Assembly (NCBI GenBank): GCA_051117555.1
Contig: JBNPEG010000219.1
Location: 1-19,928 of the forward strand
Source: Elainellaceae cyanobacterium
GTDB taxonomy: Bacteria > Cyanobacteriota > Cyanobacteriia > CAZCXK01
DNA: 19,928 nucleotides
Direction: 5' to 3'
The position numbers and the translations under genes were made by a program. The stretch's first letter is position 1. The number at the start of each line of letters is the position of its first letter. Positions 1 through 7,453 of the stretch are shown here, in pieces. The notes beneath the pieces are model-generated. The model was not told the DNA's origin. It saw only the letters and a list, made by a program, of their open reading frames with translations, and searched no databases.

Positions 1-1
1 T

Positions 2-103
2 CAGGCGCTGGTTGATTTGCTCAACCAAGCCCATCTCGTCAATGACCCCTGCCACAATTCCACTGTGGTCAATATCTTGTACTCTAATCTCAGATGCTCT
101 CAT
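2..103 (-). mobile_element. IS1634-family transposase, N-terminal 34 codons (continues beyond the window's left edge)
   Basis: Not in the ORF track. Manual translation from ATG at 103 gives MRASEIRVQDIDHSGIVAGVIDEMGLVEQINQRL, which matches the recalled N-terminus of cyanobacterial IS1634 transposases (vqdlDHlGiVAGiiDeiGlve.in). Confidence 0.85.
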
Positions 104-133
104 GCATCAAAATTACAATATTTCTATTTCAAA

Positions 134-149
134 ACCTGCGGAATGTGGG
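134..149 (-). mobile_element. Probable left terminal inverted repeat of the IS1634 element (CCCACATTCCGCAGGT on - strand)
   Basis: Lies about 30-45 bp upstream of the transposase ATG and resembles recalled cyanobacterial IS1634 ends. The partner end is outside the window. Confidence 0.55.
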
Positions 150-327
150 ATAAAAGAATCCCCGCTGCATGCCCGCCGATTTTGGATTGGTGTGGATATA
201 ACGAAGCGTATTCAGCACTCGTCTGTAATCTGTTTTCTCAATCGTGTGAGCGATTATCGCCTATAGCGTAGCCGTAGCTGACTGCTATAGTTTGAGCGAG
301 ACAAGTGAGTGTCACTTCCTGACGAAC

Positions 328-429
328 ATGCAGAGTTATATTGAGACGGCTCGCCGCCGCCAGCAGCAACAGAAAGAACACCTCCATCAACGTCGGCAAC
401 ACGGACTTGCCCAGGCGATCGCTCTCTAG
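328..429 (+). pseudogene. 5' fragment of a nucleotidyltransferase (MNT)-domain antitoxin-like gene, truncated at a HIP1 site
   Basis: ATG at 328 gives MQSYIETARRRQQQQKEHLHQRRQHGLAQAIAL*. This resembles the helical N-terminal extension of cyanobacterial MNT proteins. Similarity ends at GCGATCGC 415-422, before the GS/DxD motif. Confidence 0.55.
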
Positions 430-467
430 CCCTGCAATCTTAAAATCACAGGCAGCACCGAGGCGAT
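413..467 (-). pseudogene. Internal fragment paralogous to the M15-like gene (1491-1545)
   Basis: 47/55 nt identical by manual alignment to 1491-1545. The minus strand encodes RLGAACDFKIAGLESDRL versus RLGATCDFRIMGLESDRL. Confidence 0.85.
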
Positions 468-491
468 GCTCTTTCAGAGCGGCTACGCCAA
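468..491 (+). mobile_element. 24-nt SDR5-like small dispersed repeat inserted in HIP1 (GCGAT^CGC)
   Basis: GCGAT + GCTCT-TTC-AGAGC + GGC-TAC-GCC + AA + CGC. The homologous position at 1541-1548 is an intact GCGATCGC. Confidence 0.8.
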
Positions 492-523
492 CGCTGGCTT
501 AAACTGGAGGCAAGGTAAGTGCG

Positions 524-569
524 ATCGCTTGTTGACTAAACATAGAATCGCTTATTGACTAAACATAGA
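524..569 (+). repeat. 23-bp tandem duplication immediately upstream of the TA operon
   Basis: ATCGCTTGTTGACTAAACATAGA (524-546) and ATCGCTTATTGACTAAACATAGA (547-569), 1 mismatch. Starts inside HIP1 at 521-528. Confidence 0.9.
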
Positions 570-576
570 GTTGATT

Positions 577-810
577 ATGGATAACCTGTTACAGCGCATT
601 ACTCATAATCCAGAGATATGTCACGGTAAACCCTGTATCCGTGGGTTACGTTATCCCGTCGAGTTTATCCTTGAACTCTTGAGTTCCGGCATGACGACTG
701 AAGAAATTCTTGCTGACTATGATGATCTCGAGTCAGATGATATTCTTGCTGTTCTGCTGTTTGCCGCTCGTCTTAGCCAAGTTAAGAGCATTCACAAGCT
801 GGCATCATGA
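577..810 (+). CDS. DUF433 domain antitoxin (VapB45-like)
   Basis: RITHNPEICHGKPCIRGLRYPVEFILELLSSGMTTEEILADYDDLESDDI is the typical DUF433 signature. ATG at 577 is preferred over TTG at 571. Overlaps the next gene by ATGA. Confidence 0.92.
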   Translation: MDNLLQRITHNPEICHGKPCIRGLRYPVEFILELLSSGMTTEEILADYDDLESDDILAVLLFAARLSQVKSIHKLAS

Positions 811-1160
811 AGTTTCTCATTGATGCCCAACTTCCCATTCGACTTGCTCGACTGCTTCGGGAGGCTGGTTACGATATTATTCATACCAGAGAGCTTCCTC
901 AGCAAAACGCAACTCCAGACTCAATCATCAATTCAATTTCTATTCAAGAGGAACGAATCGTCATCACCAAAGACTCAGATTTTGTTGATTCCTTCCTTAC
1001 GGTGCAACAACCCTATAAACTTCTGCTGATCACAACAGGAAACATAAAAAATACAGACTTAGAAATTCTCTTCACCACAAATCTATCTCTTATTGTTGAT
1101 TTGCTATCTCGGCACAATTACATCGAATTGAGTAGAGACTCCGTGATTGTCCATCAATAG
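807..1160 (+). CDS. DUF5615 family PIN-like toxin (VapC45-like)
   Basis: MKFLIDAQLP...ATPDSII...ERIVITKDSDF gives the PIN acidic motifs. Translationally coupled to DUF433. Confidence 0.9.
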   Translation: MKFLIDAQLPIRLARLLREAGYDIIHTRELPQQNATPDSIINSISIQEERIVITKDSDFVDSFLTVQQPYKLLLITTGNIKNTDLEILFTTNLSLIVDLLSRHNYIELSRDSVIVHQ

Positions 1161-1345
1161 GAAAAATAGAACCTAGTTCAGTTACTTTGTTGCTTTCATC
1201 CAATTTTCAATCCCCTTCTTTGTTGGCACTCCTCCATCTGTAAACGTCCAAATACTAGACATTATCGGTAATAAATTGCTCAGTCCGAGAATCGATGATA
1301 AAGCTATAGAAATTGACGATTCTATGTCGAGAATTGATCACTTTT

Positions 1346-1882
1346 TTATTTCCGATTAAGTCTACTGTGTCTTTGCTGAGGAGCATAGCTCATGTGAATA
1401 GGTCGTTCACGAAATGTCTCGGAACGAGAATCGCTCCCATAGTAATACAGCGAATCAAACGGCAATCGCTGCTCTAGAATCCAATCCACGAGGCGATCGC
1501 TCTCCAACCCCATAATCCGAAAATCACAGGTAGCACCGAGGCGATCGCAGTAATACTTGCTATTTCGGTTCTTCTCATGCGCCATGTGCTGATCACGACT
1601 GGGATCAACCCGCCCATTCTTAATCCCCGTCTCTGGGTCTTTCTGAGCCAGAAACCGTTTCAAATCCTTTGAACAGAACCCATAGGTCAACTGAAACCGC
1701 TCTTTCCCGAAGTGACCAATCACAGGGTCAAGGACGTGACGGCACAGAGCCTTTAACGCTGGAATCGTCTCTTCCGGGTTTTCAGGGTATGGGTCAATCC
1801 GATCCGCATACTTCTGGTAGGTCTGCGTGCAGGTGCAAAACTCCTCCAGCGTCAGGTATTGACCGATCTGCATCTCTTCCAC
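1346..1882 (-). CDS. Peptidase M15A-like (hedgehog/DD-peptidase Zn fold) protein with an in-frame 24-nt insertion; C-terminus possibly truncated
   Basis: LDPVIGHFG...TYGFCS...DQH...GATCDF...PFDSLYYYGSD..RPIHMSY. Putative Zn ligands are H (DQH), D (CDF) and H (PIH), as in M15-like folds. Confidence 0.65.
   Translation of the reverse strand: MEEMQIGQYLTLEEFCTCTQTYQKYADRIDPYPENPEETIPALKALCRHVLDPVIGHFGKERFQLTYGFCSKDLKRFLAQKDPETGIKNGRVDPSRDQHMAHEKNRNSKYYCDRLGATCDFRIMGLESDRLVDWILEQRLPFDSLYYYGSDSRSETFRERPIHMSYAPQQRHSRLNRK
1406..1429 (-). mobile_element. 24-nt SDR5-like element inserted in-frame at a HIP1-like site
   Basis: The minus strand reads GCGAT + TCTCG-TTC-CGAGA + CAT-TTC-GTG + AA + CGA. 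It encodes SRSETFRE, and removing it restores YYYGSDRPIH. Confidence 0.8.
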
Positions 1883-1967
1883 AGTCTGAGCCGTCCTGAA
1901 ACTCCAGATTCCTTGTCTCCACCACTATTTTATCGCCCAATCCAGCAAATCTGAGAACAGAAAACTT

Positions 1968-3389
1968 TCAAAGCTCGACATAACCTGCATTCAAAAGTTC
2001 TGCTTCGATAGAGGTAAACCCCTTACCAGCATCAACCAGGCGAATTCGAGGATAGTCACTCAACTGCCGGGCAATCGCCTCAGGACTAGTATATCGGGGT
2101 CGGCCTGACTCGGAACGGGTTTTCTCAACCTCTGGCACCCCCCAAACAACCAGCACTAGCTCAGACCATAGATTTAAGGGTTCAGGTGCAACTAAATCGC
2201 CTACCACTACAATGCGATCGATTGAGTAATGGTCGCGTAGGAACGTAGCCATATCTCGCGCCAACTTCCAAGCATCCGCTTTGTGGTTGGGATCAAAAGC
2301 TTTCGCTCGTTGTGCCAGTAGAGCAGTGACCCAATCACGAGGGTGAGCCAGTTTGACGACCTCTGCCAGTCCAAAGGTCATCATGAGCATCCCTGCCAAT
2401 CCCTTGATGCCTTCTCGTCCACCAATATCGGGGCGTCCGTTGAGGAATTCAAACTTTGCCTCTGGGCACCAATAGATGTAGTCGTCGAAGGCGATCGCCA
2501 CCGGGTCTAGCGCAACCGGAAACTTAAGCAGTGCTTTGCTCCAATCAACCCCTTCACCCATTTGGGATATTCTCGTGAGTCGAGGCGCATCTGCTGCCAC
2601 TTCAAACCATGTCTCTTCTAGGGGGTAATCCCAGTCGTCTTTTGCCAACCAAATCTTGTCAGGCAGGAACGTCAAGCCTGGAACGCTGGAAACATCATAT
2701 CGTCCAGCCGCATCGGTCATTTGTCGCTGGTATGCTCCCTCAACCAGCCGCCACAACTCAATTTGGCATTGATCCGCATCCACAATCCACAGTTCTAGAA
2801 CGCCAGCCGCTTGATAAATCGGCTTCTTGACGGTGTAGGTGTACTCCTCACAACCCGGTTGGATGAACTCCACAATCACGTCAGCCGCTCCATCCAGGTA
2901 ATACTCATAAAGCCGATTGCGCGGCTCACCCCGAAAAAACACGACATCGGGCATGAAACCATGCCGATCCAACCGATGGACAAACCCACCGCCCAACGAC
3001 TGTCCCAGTTTTTCATAGCGCATCCCCAACCCAAACATCGCCATCCGTAAAGCTTGTCGTAGTTGAGAATAGGAAAATCGCCAACTACCGTGATGGGGAG
3101 GGTTCTCTGGCTGATAGTCAACTCCATCCGCCCACTGGTTCAATATGGAAGCATCAAGACCATCAAAGTTGGTGAGCATCGGCGTGCCAAATGTGTGAGA
3201 TAACGCCTGCCACCATAATCGTTCTGGTGCAAGGGCAGCGATTGCGTCCACTCCCCACCCTCGAAGAATTTGGCTCAGTAATCGACGACTGTGAACTAGA
3301 CTGTCCGCAACAACTAATTTCCCATCTACCAGTTCAATCTTGGAGCCGGGCGACCAGGCGTGATAATCATCCAGCAAGCTTGTAGACAT
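1968..3389 (-). CDS. Uma2 (DUF820, PD-(D/E)XK) family endonuclease fused to a C-terminal degenerate nucleotidyltransferase-like domain
   Basis: Uma2 motifs KIELVDGKLV, MPDVVFF, GAADVIVEFIQPG and KKPIYQAAGVLELWIVD. The C-terminal AWKLARDMATFLRDHYSIDRIVVVGDL...WSELVLVVWGV...GYVEL resembles MNT domains. ATG at 3389 is the preferred start. Confidence 0.75.
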   Translation of the reverse strand: MSTSLLDDYHAWSPGSKIELVDGKLVVADSLVHSRRLLSQILRGWGVDAIAALAPERLWWQALSHTFGTPMLTNFDGLDASILNQWADGVDYQPENPPHHGSWRFSYSQLRQALRMAMFGLGMRYEKLGQSLGGGFVHRLDRHGFMPDVVFFRGEPRNRLYEYYLDGAADVIVEFIQPGCEEYTYTVKKPIYQAAGVLELWIVDADQCQIELWRLVEGAYQRQMTDAAGRYDVSSVPGLTFLPDKIWLAKDDWDYPLEETWFEVAADAPRLTRISQMGEGVDWSKALLKFPVALDPVAIAFDDYIYWCPEAKFEFLNGRPDIGGREGIKGLAGMLMMTFGLAEVVKLAHPRDWVTALLAQRAKAFDPNHKADAWKLARDMATFLRDHYSIDRIVVVGDLVAPEPLNLWSELVLVVWGVPEVEKTRSESGRPRYTSPEAIARQLSDYPRIRLVDAGKGFTSIEAELLNAGYVEL

Positions 3390-3419
3390 GAGAATTGCCC
3401 CCGATAACAACCATTTAAT

Positions 3420-3608
3420 TCAGAATAGTGGATTCAAAGTCTCCCTCGAAGCTCCCCTCAATCGAGGGCAGTATTGCTTGAGCGTAGACGGTGCTAGCGT
3501 CTGTCGTCGCCGTTGGAAGGTAATGACTTGTAGCAACAGACGTTTCATCCGGGGGCCAAACAGGTCATCGCCGGCCTCGATAGCATACTGGCAGTCGCGC
3601 AGTTGATG
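3420..3608 (-). pseudogene. IS66-family transposase internal remnant
   Basis: Manual translation gives HQLRDCQYAIEAGDDLFGPRMKRLLLQVITFQRRRQTLAPSTLKQY..., matching the recalled IS66 segment (ClaHqlRDcqyAi.aGD..Fap.MK.LLL). No start codon and no ends found. Confidence 0.75.
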
Positions 3609-3659
3609 CGAAGGCTACGGTAGGTATTGCACAACTTCTGACTCTTAAACTTACTGATG

Positions 3660-4145
3660 CTAATCTGTTAAGCCTTCTGGCAGTTCTGTCCGAATGTCGA
3701 ATAGATAACCGTCTTCATATCCCGTCCAAACTCGATACAGCACATCCTGCTGACCGTCCTGCAATTCGATTGTCAGGCGTTCCCAAGTAATGAGGCGATT
3801 TCTCTCAACTTGCAAACTCACCGATATCAGTTCCTGATTGACAATCCTCCGAACCTGGGCCAACACCGCCCATCCACACTGAGGCGAATCAGAATCACTT
3901 GCCCATGCATCGGTAATCAGTTCTTCCGCATCTGCCGATAGCCCTGATGGTCGCAACTCTTCCGGCACCCCGATCGCTGTCGTTAACCGCTCATCTGACC
4001 ACCACGCCCACCAATCCGTTCGGTGGACTAGTTCAACGTCAGCCACGTGACGGATCTCATCAAAGGGCGTTCCATCAAGCTGGGCGAGTCTCCTTGCCTC
4101 CGCCCAGCTAAGAGCGACATAACGCCGTGTCTGATACCGATCCAT
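3660..4145 (-). CDS. Hypothetical protein, 161 aa, Trp/acidic-rich
   Basis: Clean ATG ORF with a GGGG purine run upstream and protein-like composition. No family recognised. Confidence 0.75.
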   Translation of the reverse strand: MDRYQTRRYVALSWAEARRLAQLDGTPFDEIRHVADVELVHRTDWWAWWSDERLTTAIGVPEELRPSGLSADAEELITDAWASDSDSPQCGWAVLAQVRRIVNQELISVSLQVERNRLITWERLTIELQDGQQDVLYRVWTGYEDGYLFDIRTELPEGLTD

Positions 4146-4444
4146 GACCGCGCCCCTACCGTAATGGGCGAATTATGAACATCTGACATATCAGTGTTTG
4201 GCGATCGCCCCACTTAGGTTTAGCAACAGCCTGGGTACTAAGCGATGGAGAATGTAGCATTTTGATACTGATTCCACTGATGTGCGTCTCTCTAGTGACA
4301 CACCCTGTTAAGCTCTACAGGAATCAAATTACTGCCACAGTTGCTGTTGCATGATGCATTTGATACACGCAACCAATTGCGCCCTATGATGCCATAGCAG
4401 AATCAGTATGTAGGTATTTGTAGTATCGATTCACACAATCTTCA

Positions 4445-4873
4445 TTAGGGCAATTCACTACTACCCTCAATTTCAGCTTCCATGCGAGCAATTCCTCGCT
4501 CGTAGACCCTTAACCCCAAGAGCACCAGCCTCACTAACATCTGGTCGGGATGGCGCTGACTTGCCTCCGCTAGTTCTTCAATCCGTTCAGTGGGGATATG
4601 TTCGTTAAAGAGAACTAAGTTTCGCTCTAGCTCATGAACTAAGTCAATTCGATGCCTCTGAGCATTTTCACGAAGTTTTTGTCCAGCCGGGGAAGTCAGC
4701 AGCAACGACAGAATCTCAGCGAGGAAGGGCGATCGCTTCTTACCCCCTTCGGCGGCACACTGCTCCTCAATAGCGTCCAACAGATCCTGATTCATGTAAA
4801 ACGTAGGACGACAGGATGTCTCAGAGGGCTCTGGGGAGGCAGATGTCCGATTTGATTGCGGCTCATGGGTCAT
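4445..4873 (-). CDS. Putative ribbon-helix-helix (CopG-like) DNA-binding protein, possibly two RHH-like units
   Basis: RPTFYMNQDLLDAIEEQCAAEGGKKRSPFLAEILSLLL has a beta-alpha-alpha RHH pattern. A second similar unit reads HIPTERIEELAEASQRHPDQMLVRLVLLGL. Confidence 0.6.
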   Translation of the reverse strand: MTHEPQSNRTSASPEPSETSCRPTFYMNQDLLDAIEEQCAAEGGKKRSPFLAEILSLLLTSPAGQKLRENAQRHRIDLVHELERNLVLFNEHIPTERIEELAEASQRHPDQMLVRLVLLGLRVYERGIARMEAEIEGSSELP

Positions 4874-5426
4874 GTTATCTCAGGACAGTTTCTAGTAAAG
4901 TCTCACTATACATCGCAGTGCCATCCTAGTTTTCCGAAGATGTGATGTAAACGATATAACACAAGATTTTATTGAAACCTTACTCACCACAAGGAGAATA
5001 TGACGGACTTAATAGTAACTTTAAGAGCAATAAATCATACAAAGTACAATTTTATTTTATTGAAGTCATATTCTCTCAACTCTTTCCAATTACTCAGATT
5101 TGCATTTTGTAGAAAAAATTCGTGTAGCCGAACAGAGATTCGACTGAACTCTAAGAAATGTAAATTAAGCTTAATGCCCAACAGTGCCTGATTATGCCGA
5201 ATTAGTCATCTTAGATATTAAGAATATATAAAGACCACTTTATATCTAGAGCGAGGTTATGCAGAATCACTTGTGTAGTACTTTTTAATATTTTGTAGGA
5301 CTTTAGGTAATTTTAGAGCTATTTGGACATGCTTGGACTAGCAGCGCTTCAAATGGCCTATCTAACCGTTATCAGGGAGCTTCTGCCTATTCTTCATTCA
5401 CATTGATCTCAAAAGGAGTAGCAGAG

Positions 5427-5630
5427 ATGAGCTCAATTAATCCGAGGCCCGATGATTTTCCTCCCGCTCAACAACGCTCTTTCCGACCATCCAATCTACT
5501 AATTTCTGCTTGCTTGCTCTGGGCCTTTATTACTCTGCAGTTCCCTAATTTAGCGATCGCAACTCTTTCACGACTGCATGAATCTGTATTCGGGTCGCTC
5601 ATCCGTGCAGTATATCTTCAGTATCGCTAG
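5427..5630 (+). CDS. Small putative membrane protein (67 aa)
   Basis: Strong SD AAGGAG upstream of ATG 5427 and one hydrophobic stretch (LLISACLLWAFITLQF). Confidence 0.5.
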   Translation: MSSINPRPDDFPPAQQRSFRPSNLLISACLLWAFITLQFPNLAIATLSRLHESVFGSLIRAVYLQYR

Positions 5631-5767
5631 CGGACGCTGAGCCCGCCACGTTTGCCTCGACGTTTTGGCATTTATCTACAGAAATATCAAGATTATCATG
5701 CAAACGTTAGGATAGGAGGCAAGTTCTTGATACACTGCGCGTCACAGGTTTTTATTTCAATTGGCTT

Positions 5768-7072
5768 ATGGCTGCGACACAGACTGCATCCGCATCCCTG
5801 ACAACCCTCGCTCAACACACTCGACACGCGGCTCGGCAACTAGCGGTGTTGTCCACTGAGGCTAAAAATCGGGCGATCGAATCGATGGCTCAAGCGCTAG
5901 AGGCGGCTGCGCCTGACATTTTGGCAGCCAATGGAGCGGATTGTGCGGCTGCTCACGAGAGCTTAGCAAAGCCGCTCTATGGCCGATTAAAGCTCGATGC
6001 AAACAAGCTCCAGGGAGCGATCGCGGGCGTTCGTGATGTGGGTAAACTGGATGATCCCGTGGGGCAACTCCAAATTCATCGAGAACTCGATACGGGGCTG
6101 GTGATGAAGCGGGTTAGCTGCCCCTTAGGCGTGTTAGGCGTTATTTTTGAGTCTCGCCCCGATGCCGTCGTGCAGATTTCATCGCTCGCTGTGAAGTCGG
6201 GCAACGGCGTGATTCTCAAAGGCGGCAGAGAGGCGATTCGCTCATGTGAAGCTCTTGTTCGCGCTATCCATACAGGTCTAGCGAACGCTGGCATCGATCC
6301 GGCTGTCGTGCGCTTGCTGACCACCCGCGAAGAGACGTTAGAGCTGCTTAAGCTCGATTCATGCGTTGATTTAATTATTCCACGGGGCTCCAATTCATTC
6401 GTGCGCTTTGTTCAGCAACATACGCGAATCCCGGTGCTTGGGCATGCAGACGGGCTGTGCCATCTTTACATTGACGCATCGGCAGATCCTGACAAAGCCG
6501 TGGCGATCGCCATCGATGCCAAAACGAGTTACCCCTCTGCCTGCAACGCAATTGAAACGCTGCTGGTACACCAACATATTGCCGCAGATATCTTGCCTAA
6601 ACTGGCATCCGCGCTTCAACGTCAGGCAGTTGAGCTAAGAGGTGACGATCGCGCCTGTGAGATAGTGAAAATTGCTCCTGCTAGTGAGTCTGATTGGGCA
6701 ACCGAATATACCGATTTAATTCTCTCGATCAAAGTTGTGGACTCGCTGGAGGAGGCGATCGCCCATATCAACACCTACGGGTCACGCCATACAGAAGCCA
6801 TCGTGACTGAACAGGCAGCGGCAGCCCAAACCTTTATGAGTCAGGTGGATGCAGCAGGAGTGTTCCACAACTGCTCCACTCGATTTGCGGATGGGTTTCG
6901 GTATGGGTTTGGGGCAGAAGTGGGAATCAGTACCCAAAAAATGCCGCCGCGCGGTCCGGTGGGGTTAGAAGGCTTGGTGACGTATCAGTATCAGGTCGTT
7001 GGCGAGGGGCACATCGCCTCTGACTATTCGGGCACATCTGCAAAATCATTTACCCATCGCGACCTTGCATAA
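5768..7072 (+). CDS. proA: Glutamate-5-semialdehyde dehydrogenase (gamma-glutamyl phosphate reductase)
   Basis: [31 protein letters not shown] and [36 protein letters not shown] motifs. Confidence 0.97.
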   Translation: MAATQTASASLTTLAQHTRHAARQLAVLSTEAKNRAIESMAQALEAAAPDILAANGADCAAAHESLAKPLYGRLKLDANKLQGAIAGVRDVGKLDDPVGQLQIHRELDTGLVMKRVSCPLGVLGVIFESRPDAVVQISSLAVKSGNGVILKGGREAIRSCEALVRAIHTGLANAGIDPAVVRLLTTREETLELLKLDSCVDLIIPRGSNSFVRFVQQHTRIPVLGHADGLCHLYIDASADPDKAVAIAIDAKTSYPSACNAIETLLVHQHIAADILPKLASALQRQAVELRGDDRACEIVKIAPASESDWATEYTDLILSIKVVDSLEEAIAHINTYGSRHTEAIVTEQAAAAQTFMSQVDAAGVFHNCSTRFADGFRYGFGAEVGISTQKMPPRGPVGLEGLVTYQYQVVGEGHIASDYSGTSAKSFTHRDLA

Positions 7073-7111
7073 TGTCATCGAGGGCACTGATTTTGCGAAT
7101 TTATGCGCAGA

Positions 7112-7432
7112 TTATTCCTCATTCACACTCAATATTTTCTCAGCGCTACAGAGCAGTTCAATCACCTGATCTGCTCCGATGAGTCGTTTGAGGACAACTT
7201 GACCAATTGGGCTTTTACCCGGTTCCTGGGGAATGTCAGGCCCCGCTTTAACCTCAACCATAAGAACAGCATCTTCGACTCGGTAGAGCCACAGCCTCTC
7301 GTGATTTTCGAGCATGTAAAGACTGAGTTTCTGAATTTCAGGTTTACGTCGCCATGCGATTTCATCCCAAAGCCCTCCAAATTCCCAAATTCGCCCGATC
7401 ATCCAACCATCGGATAAGAAAAAATATTTCAC
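7112..7432 (-). CDS. Conserved cyanobacterial hypothetical protein
   Basis: GTG start. YFFLSDGW.IGRIWEFGGLW...LWLYRVEDAVLMVEVK...IGQVVLKRLI matches a recalled conserved cyanobacterial family. Confidence 0.75.
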   Translation of the reverse strand: MKYFFLSDGWMIGRIWEFGGLWDEIAWRRKPEIQKLSLYMLENHERLWLYRVEDAVLMVEVKAGPDIPQEPGKSPIGQVVLKRLIGADQVIELLCSAEKILSVNEE

Positions 7433-7453
7433 GCTTCTTTAGTTCTATACGGA

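Noticed and set aside
12..271. ORFs 12..266 and 17..271 (+)
   Set aside because: They are antisense to the IS1634 transposase start and cross the IS end. No recognisable protein features.
3388..3606. 72-aa ORF (+)
   Set aside because: It is the antisense shadow of the IS66 remnant.
4947..4962. NtcA-like site TGTA-N8-AACA upstream of the RHH gene
   Set aside because: It is an imperfect match in AT-rich DNA with no supporting context.
5000..5191. 63-aa ORF with good SD as a confident CDS
   Set aside because: AT-rich with atypical composition and no recognisable motif. Mentioned only as a low-interest finding.
7103..7417. 104-aa ORF (+)
   Set aside because: It is antisense to the conserved 7112..7432 gene.
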